A stretch of 64,000 nt of DNA from an uncultured Candidatus Saccharibacteria bacterium (GTDB lineage Bacteria; Patescibacteriota; Minisyncoccia; Phycocordibacterales; UBA2100): NCBI GenBank assembly GCA_964586255.1, contig CAZPGE010000003.1, positions 66,537 through 130,536 of the forward strand, in the 5' to 3' direction. This document shows positions 1 to 7,849 of this stretch, one piece after another; positions within the stretch are counted from its first letter, which is position 1; each line of letters begins with the position of its first letter. The notes beneath the pieces are model-generated. The model had not been told where the DNA came from. It ran no database searches and was given only the letters and a program-made list of their open reading frames with translations. The position numbers and the translations under genes are program-made.

Positions 1-2
1 GC

Positions 3-183
3 GTGCACCTCCGTCACCGCGTCGACCCTGAGACCGGCATGTACCGCGGCAAAGTCGTCATCGATGTCGTGGCTCGCACCAAGCGCGAGCAGCGTCGCGT
101 GAAGCGCAAGGAGAAGGAGCTCCGTGCGAGCGGTCAGGATGCTGCCGACGCGAAGAAGAAGGAGACCGTGAAGTCGGAATAAG
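3..183 (+). CDS. 3' end (C-terminal ~60 aa) of an upstream gene truncated by the window edge; Lys/Arg-rich tail; identity not resolved
   Basis: Open frame 3 runs from the window start to TAA at 181-183 (…DPETGMYRGKVVIDVVARTKREQRRVKRKEKELRASGQDAADAKKKETVKSE*). No diagnostic motif recognised. Confidence 0.4.
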
Positions 184-262
184 TCGCCTTTGAGTTTTCC
201 ACGCCTTTCATCCTCACATCAGAAGTTTCCTGGTACACTAGGGAAACAGTTCCTTTGTTTCT

Positions 263-1174
263 ATGGCAAATAGACATCTTGCGCGTTCAGTAGTTCTCCA
301 AGTGCTCTTCGAGCGCGACGCATCAAGCAATATGACACTCGACGCATGCCTCGGGAGGCTTGTCGACTATGCGAAAGAATTTGGCGCGCGCGAGAGCGAC
401 GCGTTTTTTATGAAAAATCTTTTGCAGACCACGCTCGCTAAGCAAAAGGAGATCGACGAAGTGATAGTGAGGGCAGCGCCCGAGTGGCCGCTCGACAAGA
501 TTGCTGCCATCGACCGCAACATCCTGCGCCTCGGGCTCACGGAGCTTCTCTATGCCGACCGCGCGCAAGTGCCGGCAAAGGTCGCCATCAACGAGGCCAT
601 CGAGCTCGCGAAAGCGTTTGGCAGCGCGTCGTCAGGACGATTCGTCAACGGTGTACTTGGCGCTGTCTATATAGAGCTTGGCGAGCCGGGTAAAAATGAC
701 GGCAGCGCAAGAAAGCAGGCTCCACAAAAGAGCGGGAAAATGCCGGTCGAAGAGCTCGTCGGCGCTGTCGTATATGCGCGTGAGGGTGCAGAAGTATACC
801 TTGCGCTGGTGCACGATATTTTTGGCCACTGGACGCTCTCGAAAGGAAAGCTCCAGAAAGACGAGCAGCTTCACGATGGCGTAAAGCGCAAGGTGAAAGA
901 AGAGATCGGACTCGAAGTCGAGGTGGAAGATACGCTCGGTGAGAACGAATACATCGCCAACGACAGCAATGCATCAGGTGGCAAGAAAAAGCGACATGCG
1001 ACATACTTCCTCGCTCGCGCTACGTTTCAGGACCTCATCCTCAAGAAAGAAGGGGGGCTCGACGACGGGCAGTGGTTTCCGCTTGCCTCGGTGGGCGACC
1101 TCAATTTTTATGACGACATTCTCCCTGTGGTCACGCGCGCAATAAATATCCTCGCGCAGAAGAACCGCACGTAG
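263..1174 (+). CDS. nusB: Transcription antitermination factor NusB fused to a C-terminal Nudix hydrolase domain
   Basis: The N-terminal ~145 aa match NusB (ARSVVLQVLFERDA…IDRNILRLGLTELLY…AINEAIELAKAFG). The C-terminal ~150 aa carry a canonical Nudix box (GKLQKDEQLHDGVKRKVKEEIGLEV = G-x5-E-x7-REUxEExGU). It is a single uninterrupted ORF. Confidence 0.8.
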   Translation: MANRHLARSVVLQVLFERDASSNMTLDACLGRLVDYAKEFGARESDAFFMKNLLQTTLAKQKEIDEVIVRAAPEWPLDKIAAIDRNILRLGLTELLYADRAQVPAKVAINEAIELAKAFGSASSGRFVNGVLGAVYIELGEPGKNDGSARKQAPQKSGKMPVEELVGAVVYAREGAEVYLALVHDIFGHWTLSKGKLQKDEQLHDGVKRKVKEEIGLEVEVEDTLGENEYIANDSNASGGKKKRHATYFLARATFQDLILKKEGGLDDGQWFPLASVGDLNFYDDILPVVTRAINILAQKNRT

Positions 1175-1176
1175 CC

Positions 1177-1875
1177 ATGGACTTCGCGCCGTTTGAACAA
1201 AAAATCGGCTACTCCTTCAAGGATAAGCGATTCATAGAGCAGGCCTTTACGCATCGCTCGTATCTCAATGAAAACCGGGGTACGTCCGCCGGCCGGCGGA
1301 GCGAGCACAACGAGCGCCTCGAATTTCTCGGCGACGCCGTGCTCGAACTCGTGGTGACGGAATTCTTGTATTCCAAATATCCCGATAAGCCGGAGGGTGA
1401 GCTCACGGCATACCGCGCGGCTCTCGTGAACACGGTGAGTATCGCCGATGCCGCCGTCTCGCTCGGCATGAATGAATTCCTACTGCTCTCACGTGGCGAG
1501 TCCCGCGACACTGGCCGTGCGCGCCAGATTATTCTTGCCAACGCATTTGAGGCGCTCATCGGCGCGCTCTATCTCGACAGTGGCTATGATGCGGCCAAGG
1601 ACTTCATCGCCAACCAACTGTTCCATAAGACAGACGAAGTCGTCTCGAAACGCCTCTGGCAAGATGCCAAGAGTAAGTTGCAGGAGATTGCGCAAGAAAA
1701 AATGAAACTAACACCTGTCTACCAACTACTCGACCAATCGGGGCCGGATCACGACCGCGTGTTTGTCGTGGGTGCGTACCTAGGCCAGGAAAAGGCAGCG
1801 ACAGGAGAGGGAAGGAGTAAGCAAGAAGCCGAGCAAGATGCTGCGCAAAAGGCACTTGCGGCGAAAGGGTGGTAG
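1177..1875 (+). CDS. rnc: Ribonuclease III
   Basis: RNase III signature ERLEFLGDAVLELVV, NAFEALIGALYLD, and a C-terminal dsRBD (GPDHDRVFVVGAYL…EAEQDAAQKAL). The start abuts the nusB stop. Confidence 0.9.
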   Translation: MDFAPFEQKIGYSFKDKRFIEQAFTHRSYLNENRGTSAGRRSEHNERLEFLGDAVLELVVTEFLYSKYPDKPEGELTAYRAALVNTVSIADAAVSLGMNEFLLLSRGESRDTGRARQIILANAFEALIGALYLDSGYDAAKDFIANQLFHKTDEVVSKRLWQDAKSKLQEIAQEKMKLTPVYQLLDQSGPDHDRVFVVGAYLGQEKAATGEGRSKQEAEQDAAQKALAAKGW

Positions 1876-1883
1876 GGGGCTCG

Positions 1884-1978
1884 GAGAATGCACTTCTCGG
1901 AGTCGCTGTCTGCGACTGCTGTCGCAGCGCTGCCTCTCGGCCCGTCGGCCTGCGAGACACTCCGAGAAGTGCATTCTC
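1884..1978. repeat. Long perfect inverted repeat (20-bp arms, 1884-1903 and 1959-1978) enclosing a 55-nt GC-rich spacer with internal sub-hairpins
   Basis: gagaatgcacttctcggagt … actccgagaagtgcattctc are exact reverse complements. The element lies immediately 3' of rnc. Confidence 0.7.
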
Positions 1979-2008
1979 GCTCGCTGATAATTTAGAAATT
2001 GCTCCAGT

Positions 2009-2030
2009 AAATTCACCAATTGGTGAATTT
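2009..2030. promoter_or_regulatory. 22-bp perfect palindrome (aaattcaccaa|ttggtgaattt) in the AT-rich upstream region, a candidate operator
   Basis: The first 11 nt equal the reverse complement of the last 11 nt. It lies ~85 bp upstream of a predicted -35/-10 promoter. Confidence 0.5.
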
Positions 2031-2114
2031 AGAGGAGTATAAAAATACGAGAAGCAAATAGAGAGAAAAGATAAAAATGGTGTTAGGAGCATCTCGTCAG
2101 GCCCAGGCATCAGT

Positions 2115-2143
2115 TTGACATACGTGTGTATGCATGGTATTTT
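2115..2143 (+). promoter_or_regulatory. Sigma70-type promoter (TTGACA-17-TATTTT)
   Basis: TTGACA at 2115-2120, a 17-nt spacer, then TATTTT at 2138-2143. The next gene starts with GTG at 2182, with GGAGG 6 nt upstream. Confidence 0.45.
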
Positions 2144-2181
2144 GCTGGCCGAGCTTAAAACGTCTTTCAGGGAGGCTACAC

Positions 2182-2577
2182 GTGAGCGCAGAGTATGCAG
2201 AGAGCATCCGCCCGGCTATTAGGCGGCTTGTCGACAGCTTGGACGGACTCGTCGCTGCATATGCGGCGGGTCAAAAATCAGTCACGATTCAGGAGCAGAT
2301 TGCACTTCTGTATCAGACACGCAAGAGTCGGGAGACGCTTCTCGCGCTCGAGCTCTTGATGCTCGCGGCGCTCCAGCTGCGCGAAATCGAAGCGGCAGCA
2401 GATATCCAAAAGAACTCGGGTATCGACATGACACTCGCAAAAAAATACCTCGCGCAGCTCGATGATCAGCGCGAGCATCTGCAAGCGCTCATACTGGAGC
2501 TGCCCACATCCGAGTCTTTGCATGGGCTCGTGAGGCGTGTGCTTCCGGACGCGGAGCTCGACGCTCCCAAGGAATAG
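2182..2577 (+). CDS. Hypothetical protein (~131 aa, alpha-helical) upstream of smc
   Basis: GTG start at 2182 with a GGAGG RBS. The ORF table's ATG at 2134 lacks an RBS. An intrinsic terminator follows. Confidence 0.55.
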   Translation: MSAEYAESIRPAIRRLVDSLDGLVAAYAAGQKSVTIQEQIALLYQTRKSRETLLALELLMLAALQLREIEAAADIQKNSGIDMTLAKKYLAQLDDQREHLQALILELPTSESLHGLVRRVLPDAELDAPKE

Positions 2578-2589
2578 TTCTGCGCGACC

Positions 2590-2632
2590 CAGCCCCGCAC
2601 GCTTCATCGAAGCTCGCGGGGCTGCTTTTTTG
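2590..2632 (+). terminator. Rho-independent terminator
   Basis: Stem cagccccgc / gcggggctg with a nested inner hairpin, followed by cttttttg. Confidence 0.7.
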
Positions 2633-2641
2633 ATACAATGA

Positions 2642-4858
2642 GTGCCAATGTTTCTGAGCCTCAAATCCATAGAGCTTTCGGGCTTTAAATCATTCGGCAA
2701 GAAGACCGAACTCGTTTTTACATCACCGATTGCGAGTATCGTGGGGCCCAACGGCTCCGGTAAGTCCAACGTCGCCGAAGCGTTTCGCTTTGTACTCGGC
2801 GAACAGTCGATGAAAAGCATGCGCTCAAAAAAGGGCGAAGACCTTATATGGGGCGGGTCGCCGGGGCTACCACGCGCAAATCGCGCGGGGGTCAAAGTCA
2901 CCTTCGACAACAGTAAGCGACTCTTGGACCTCGATTTCAATGAGGTGGTGGTGGAGCGTGTCGTGTATCGCGACGGACAAAATGAGTACCTGCTCAACGG
3001 CTCTGTAGTGCGCCTGAAAGACGTCATCCGGCTGCTTGCAGGGGCAAACATAGGCGGCTCAGGCTATCAAATAATCTCGCAAGGAGAGGCCGACCGTATT
3101 CTCAATGCGTCACCGAGAGAGCGCCGTGAGATGGTGGAAGACGCGCTTGGTCTCAAGCTCTATCAGCACAAGAAAGTGGAGAGTGAGCGTAAGCTTGAAG
3201 AGACGGGCGTCAATATCGACAAGACCAAATCGCTACGCCGCGAGATAGCGCCGCACCTCAACTTCTTGCGCTCGCAAGTGGAGAAGATAGAGAAAGCGCG
3301 TGAGATGAAAGAAGATCTCTCGCATAAGCTCGGTGAATACTTGGCACGTGAGAATGCATGGATTACACAGGAAGACGCGCGGCTCAAAGAAGACGCACAG
3401 GCGCATGAGGGCGAGGTGAGAAAGCTCACGGAGAAGCTTCGCGAGGCACGGACGCTCGCCGGAGAAGGTGACACGGGAGCGACGTCTCGTGCGCATGAGC
3501 TCCACGAGAAGCTTCAAGAGCGGGAAGCGAAGCTTGTCGAGTCGCGCCGACAATCCGGCGAAATAGCGCGCGAACTCGGCCGTGCAGAAGGAGCGCTCGA
3601 GGCCAACACCGTGACGGTCGAGCAGATTGTCGCGGTGCCGCACGTAAGACAGTTTGCGCGGGATATCGATGCACAGATAGCTGAAGCTGCCGAGAGCGGA
3701 GATATCGCACATGTGCGCTCCACGCTGCTTTCAATCCGAGACCGCATCAAATCGTTTATCGAGGGCCTTACCGGCGCTGCGCCCGTCACCAATCAAGAGG
3801 CTAAAAAGCATGTAGAAGAGCTCAGCGCGGCTCTCGAGAAGAAGCAGAAAGATGAAGCAGCGGTGGTGCTCGATATTGAAGCGATGCGCGCTGAAATCGC
3901 GCGTATTCGCGAGGCATCTTTCGCGGCCGAACGCGACGTCATCGAGCTCGAAGGTCATATTCGCGATGCGCAAAATCTACTCAATGCAGCGCATTCCGCT
4001 CGCGCGTCTATCGCGTCGCTTCGGCAGCGATTTGAAGAAGAAGTCCGTGAAGGAATTGCGCTTATCGGGGCAGCGGTGCATAGCTGGGAGAAGACCGGCA
4101 TTCCTCAGGGCGCACTCGCCGAGGATAGAAAAGAACAAGAGAAGCGCCGAAGAGACATCGAGCGTCTAAAGATAAAGATCGAGGAATCGGGGATAGGCAA
4201 TGGCGATGCCGTCGTAAAAGAATTCAATCAGACCAAAGAGCGCGACGAATTCCTCACGCGCGAACTTGCCGACCTAGAAGCTTCGGCGCAGAAGCTCAAA
4301 GAAATCATCGCAGAGCTCGAGAAGACGATTGACGAGCGATTCAAAGAGGGTCTCAAGCTCATCAACGTGGCGCTGAAGAACTTTTTTGAAAAGCTCTTTG
4401 GTGGCGGTAACGCCAAGCTCTTTATTGAAGAGCCACGCCGTGGCAAAAAGGAAGAATTTGACGAAGACGATGAAGAAGAGGTTCCTGAAGAGGACGAAAT
4501 ATACGCCGGCCTTGCCATCGACGTCTCGCTTCCGCGCAAGAAAATTCGCGGTCTCGAGGTGCTCTCGGGCGGTGAGCGCGCGCTCACATCCATTGCGATG
4601 ATATTCGCGATGACCCAGGTGAACCCCCCGCCATTTTTGATACTCGACGAGACAGACGCGGCGCTCGATGAGGCCAACTCGAAGCGCTATGCCGATATGA
4701 TCCGCGAGCTCGGCGAAAAGTCGCAACTTATCGTTATTACGCACAACCGCGCCACGATGTCTGCCGCTGGCGAGCTGTATGGCGTCACTATGGGGAACGA
4801 TGGCGTCTCGAAGCTCCTCTCCGTGAAATTTGAGGAGGCGGAGAGGGTAGCTAAGTAG
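2642..4858 (+). CDS. smc: SMC-family chromosome segregation ATPase, unusually short (738 aa), no recognisable hinge
   Basis: The N-terminus matches SMC (SIELSGFKSFGKKTELVFTSPIASIVGPNGSGKSNVAEAFRFVLGEQS). The C-terminus has the ABC signature LSGGERALTSIA and a Walker B (FLILDETDAALD). The middle is coiled-coil-like. Confidence 0.85.
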   Translation: MPMFLSLKSIELSGFKSFGKKTELVFTSPIASIVGPNGSGKSNVAEAFRFVLGEQSMKSMRSKKGEDLIWGGSPGLPRANRAGVKVTFDNSKRLLDLDFNEVVVERVVYRDGQNEYLLNGSVVRLKDVIRLLAGANIGGSGYQIISQGEADRILNASPRERREMVEDALGLKLYQHKKVESERKLEETGVNIDKTKSLRREIAPHLNFLRSQVEKIEKAREMKEDLSHKLGEYLARENAWITQEDARLKEDAQAHEGEVRKLTEKLREARTLAGEGDTGATSRAHELHEKLQEREAKLVESRRQSGEIARELGRAEGALEANTVTVEQIVAVPHVRQFARDIDAQIAEAAESGDIAHVRSTLLSIRDRIKSFIEGLTGAAPVTNQEAKKHVEELSAALEKKQKDEAAVVLDIEAMRAEIARIREASFAAERDVIELEGHIRDAQNLLNAAHSARASIASLRQRFEEEVREGIALIGAAVHSWEKTGIPQGALAEDRKEQEKRRRDIERLKIKIEESGIGNGDAVVKEFNQTKERDEFLTRELADLEASAQKLKEIIAELEKTIDERFKEGLKLINVALKNFFEKLFGGGNAKLFIEEPRRGKKEEFDEDDEEEVPEEDEIYAGLAIDVSLPRKKIRGLEVLSGGERALTSIAMIFAMTQVNPPPFLILDETDAALDEANSKRYADMIRELGEKSQLIVITHNRATMSAAGELYGVTMGNDGVSKLLSVKFEEAERVAK

Positions 4859-4865
4859 CTAAGGA

Positions 4866-5360
4866 GTGCTTACAATTGCATCAGTCTCTGTTGAAAAGGT
4901 CGCATTGAGCGGCTTGGCAGAGCGTAGGGATGTGGTCATGACGAGACAGGGTCAGAACTTCGTGATTCTCCCGGTGGCACCCGGGACATTTCTCCGGATG
5001 TTTCCGGAGCGGCACCTCGACGGAAGACTTCTCAAGGAATCGGGGTGGTGGACGCGCAGTGGGGACACCTATTACGAGGGACACCCGGTGTTTGAAGTCG
5101 AAAGCTACGTCCTCGACAGCGAAGGCGGCCACGTCACCTTTCAGCGTAGCGCCGGCACCTTTTATGTTTTAGGCGGTGGCCACATCGTCGATAGGATGTT
5201 TCCGTATCCCCATCCGATGTTCGAGGTAATCGACGCGGACGAGGCAGAGCACATACGGTCGCAGATGAAGGCTGCGGCTGCGAATCGGATTGCTCGCCGA
5301 AGCAGGAGTTGGTGGCCAGATTGGTTGCGGCTGGCAGCGATGCGCTTTGCGCGTGCTTAG
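4866..5360 (+). CDS. Hypothetical protein inside the insert bracketed by duplicated smc 3' ends
   Basis: 164-aa ORF. Alternative start MTRQGQNF at 4938. No recognisable domain. Confidence 0.4.
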   Translation: MLTIASVSVEKVALSGLAERRDVVMTRQGQNFVILPVAPGTFLRMFPERHLDGRLLKESGWWTRSGDTYYEGHPVFEVESYVLDSEGGHVTFQRSAGTFYVLGGGHIVDRMFPYPHPMFEVIDADEAEHIRSQMKAAAANRIARRSRSWWPDWLRLAAMRFARA

Positions 5361-5498
5361 GTGAAAAGCCTCAACGACACGCCTGCAAATAGAGCCGGTG
5401 CCCATAGCGGGCGCCGGCTGATCGATTTTGAATGTGAGTCTGGTACGTCCCGTGGGTTAAGACATTTCGCGTATTATGCAAGACAGAGCAGTCGTGGT

Positions 5499-5595
5499 CG
5501 CCGCTGGTGATCTGTATGGCGTCACTATGGGGAACGACGGTGTCTCGAAGCTCCTCTCCGTGAAATTTGAGGAGGCAGCTAAAGTGGCGAAATAG
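5499..5595 (+). repeat. Degenerate direct copy (~85% identity) of the last ~96 bp of smc (4763-4858); still encodes a 40-aa smc-tail peptide (ATG 5476…TAG 5595)
   Basis: gccgctggtgatctgtatggcgtcactatggggaacgacggtgtctcgaagctcctctccgtgaaatttgaggagg… aligns to 4763-4858 with a few mismatches. Confidence 0.75.
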
Positions 5596-5634
5596 CTGAC
5601 GTTGGTTTACAGTTTGTGAGGGAGGAAATAGCCA

Positions 5635-5859
5635 ATGTCCGCGAAAACATTCTATGCAAGACCAGTTCGCGATTTCGCTCTTGCCAATCTGGTGAGGCAG
5701 CTCGGTTACTACAACGTCGGGCCCGTAGTCCCCGACGATGCGCTCAATGTTGCGGTCTTCAGTGGGAGTGACGAGGACGCCGAGCGCGTTCGGCAGTGCC
5801 GACTTGTCCAATCTGTTGAGGAAGCCCGTAGCCTCGTGGGGCTCAAGAGGACGAGTTGA
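5635..5859 (+). CDS. Small hypothetical protein (74 aa)
   Basis: GGGAGG RBS 8 nt upstream of the ATG. A terminator hairpin follows. Confidence 0.4.
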   Translation: MSAKTFYARPVRDFALANLVRQLGYYNVGPVVPDDALNVAVFSGSDEDAERVRQCRLVQSVEEARSLVGLKRTS

Positions 5860-5870
5860 ATGTATTGAAG

Positions 5871-5905
5871 CCGGCGCGGGCAACTGCGCCGGTTCAACTT
5901 TTTAT
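5871..5905 (+). terminator. Rho-independent terminator
   Basis: ccggcgc…gcgccgg stem followed by ttcaactttttat. Confidence 0.5.
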
Positions 5906-5941
5906 GCGCCGTGACCGTTTAGGGGCTAAATACGCCACAAT

Positions 5942-5970
5942 TTGACGGTGCATGCCAACTCTGCTAGAGT
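5942..5970 (+). promoter_or_regulatory. Sigma70-type promoter for rpsP (TTGACG-17-TAGAGT); predicts a near-leaderless transcript
   Basis: -35 at 5942-5947 and -10 at 5965-5970. The rpsP ATG is at 5981. Confidence 0.45.
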
Positions 5971-5980
5971 GGCCCGACTT

Positions 5981-6412
5981 ATGTTGAAGATACGAATGCA
6001 GCGTGTCGGGCGCATCAATATGCCCTCGTACCGTATTATTGTGGTGGAACACACCGAAGGTCCTAAGACGGGCAAATTTACTGATATCGTAGGCACCTAC
6101 GACCCGCGCCGCAAAGAGCGAAAGCTCGATGAGGCCAAGATCAAGTACTGGATATCGGTCGGCGCTCAACCGAGCGACACGGTCCACAATATGTTCGTAT
6201 CTGCAGGCATCATCAAAGGCAAGAAGATAAACGTCCTTCCGAAGTTTGTGGAGCCAGAGAAGCCTGCTGAGGAAGCAGCGCCAGAGCCAGAGGCACCGGC
6301 CGCAGAAGCTCCAGCAGAGGAAGCCGCGCCAGAGACGGCACCGGCCGCCGAGGAACCTGCTGCAGAGCCAGCTTCTGAGGAGCCAAAACCCGAAGAGGCA
6401 CCAGCTCAATAG
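5981..6412 (+). CDS. rpsP: 30S ribosomal protein S16 with an Ala/Pro/Glu-rich low-complexity C-terminal tail
   Basis: MLKIRMQRVGRINMPSYRIIVVEH… matches S16. The tail is AEEAAPEPEAPAAEAPAEEAAPETAPAAEEPAAEPASEEPKPEE. The ORF table starts at an upstream TTG at 5942. Confidence 0.9.
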   Translation: MLKIRMQRVGRINMPSYRIIVVEHTEGPKTGKFTDIVGTYDPRRKERKLDEAKIKYWISVGAQPSDTVHNMFVSAGIIKGKKINVLPKFVEPEKPAEEAAPEPEAPAAEAPAEEAAPETAPAAEEPAAEPASEEPKPEEAPAQ

Positions 6413-6496
6413 GGCCTGTCCGCCAGCTGGCGGACCGCCTTTCGCGGCCTTTGCAATTGTTGTACAGTAATCCTATTAAGAGATAGCAAGACAGAT

Positions 6497-6847
6497 ATGG
6501 AAAGCGATCAGGCATTTCTTGAATACGTTATAAAGGCACTCGTAGACAAGCCGGAAGATGTGAAAATCAACCGCACGGTAGACGAGATGGGGGTCCTCCT
6601 TACTCTCTCGGTCAATCAAGACGACATGGGCAAAGTAATCGGACGCAGCGGCGCCACCGCAAAAGCCATCCGTACGGTCTTGCGTGTCGTGGGTATGAAA
6701 AACGATGCACGCGTAAATCTCAAAATCGAAGAGCCAGAGGGAAGCGAGCGTCGCTCAAATCAAGAGAGTCCAGCAGAGACTCCGTCTGAGCCGTATGTGC
6801 GCGACACTACGGTCGACGACATCATTACTGACCTAAAAAGTCAGTAG
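6497..6847 (+). CDS. KH-domain RNA-binding protein (YlqC/UPF0109 family) with an acidic C-terminal extension
   Basis: The KH GxxG loop VIGRSGATAKAIRTVL is present. The gene sits in the conserved position after rpsP. Confidence 0.85.
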   Translation: MESDQAFLEYVIKALVDKPEDVKINRTVDEMGVLLTLSVNQDDMGKVIGRSGATAKAIRTVLRVVGMKNDARVNLKIEEPEGSERRSNQESPAETPSEPYVRDTTVDDIITDLKSQ

Positions 6848-7196
6848 CCTTCATCCCGTCGGCTCGCAATTGCGAGTAGAGTCGCCAGCCGGCGCCGATG
6901 AGGAGCGCGAGTAAGATGGTGGGGATTCCCAGCGTGTATACATTGATAGACGCGACGAGCTCTGTGACGCCCTCGAGAAATACGGGAAATGAGCAGATGC
7001 GATGCTCGAGCAGCCCGCAGTCCATGCCAGTATAGGCGAGCTTGGCGATGAATATTGCCACCACCTGTACGATAAGCGCGATAAGAGACGCGATAAAGAA
7101 AGAGCGGTGCCGAAATATCATTGGCAAAGTATACCCCGTTAGATAATTCCGACGATATATTGCATAGTATAAGTCCATTCGCATCCACCGAGGCAT
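6825..7196 (-). CDS. Putative small membrane protein encoded antisense, in the slot where rimM normally lies
   Basis: 123-aa ORF with protein-like composition and predicted TM helices. It is convergent with the KH gene and sits 3 bp from the trmD start. Weak call. Confidence 0.3.
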   Translation of the reverse strand: MPRWMRMDLYYAIYRRNYLTGYTLPMIFRHRSFFIASLIALIVQVVAIFIAKLAYTGMDCGLLEHRICSFPVFLEGVTELVASINVYTLGIPTILLALLIGAGWRLYSQLRADGMKATDFLGQ

Positions 7197-7198
7197 AT

Positions 7199-7849
7199 AT
7201 GATCCATTTCCACATAGTGACGCTTTTCCCGGGCTCCATCGAGCCGTATCTCAAGGATTCGATACTCGGCAAAGCGCAGGAAAAAAAGACCATCAAAGTC
7301 TCTTTCTACGACCCCAAGGATTTTACGCGCGATAAATATGGACGTGTCGACCGCAGGCCATATGGCGGCGGCCCCGGTATGGTGCTGGAGCCCGACGGTA
7401 TGCTTCGAGCAGTCGAAAAAGCAGTGGGAAAAAAGAAAGGTGTGCAGGTAGTATTCTTTGCGACCGATGGTGCGCAGTTCGACGAGCCGATGGCGCAGAA
7501 GTTCTCAAAGAAGAAAGATATTGTATTTATTTGTGGCCACTACGAGGGAATCGATGCGCGCGTGCAAAAAATATTGAAAGCGAAGAAGGTTACGGTCGGT
7601 CCATATGTGCTCACCGGTGGGGAGCTGCCCGCGGCGACGATGATTGATGCAATCGCACGATTCGTTCCCGGCGTACTTGGGAAAGCTGAGTCGCTCGAAG
7701 CGTCGCGCGTATCGAGCCCTGAGGTCTACACGCGGCCGGAAATACTCGAGTGGAAGGGGAAGAAATACAAGGTGCCCGCAGTCCTCTTGAGTGGTAACCA
7801 CGCGAAGATAGATGCGTGGAAGAAAGGCAAGCGGGGACTTGCCAAATAA
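7199..7849 (+). CDS. trmD: tRNA (guanine37-N1)-methyltransferase
   Basis: HFHIVTLFPGSIEPYL…RPYGGGPGMVLEPDG…GHYEGIDARV motifs. An alternative upstream ATG lies at 7121. Confidence 0.9.
   Translation: MIHFHIVTLFPGSIEPYLKDSILGKAQEKKTIKVSFYDPKDFTRDKYGRVDRRPYGGGPGMVLEPDGMLRAVEKAVGKKKGVQVVFFATDGAQFDEPMAQKFSKKKDIVFICGHYEGIDARVQKILKAKKVTVGPYVLTGGELPAATMIDAIARFVPGVLGKAESLEASRVSSPEVYTRPEILEWKGKKYKVPAVLLSGNHAKIDAWKKGKRGLAK

Noticed and set aside
1604-2110. 168-aa minus-strand ORF spanning the rnc 3' end and the long inverted repeat
   Set aside because: Overlaps rnc and the structured repeat and AT-rich promoter region. Composition not protein-like.
5371-6409. Minus-strand ORFs 5371-5883 and 5894-6409
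   Set aside because: Antisense to rpsP and to the small + ORF and terminator; Cys/Arg/Leu-rich low-complexity translations.
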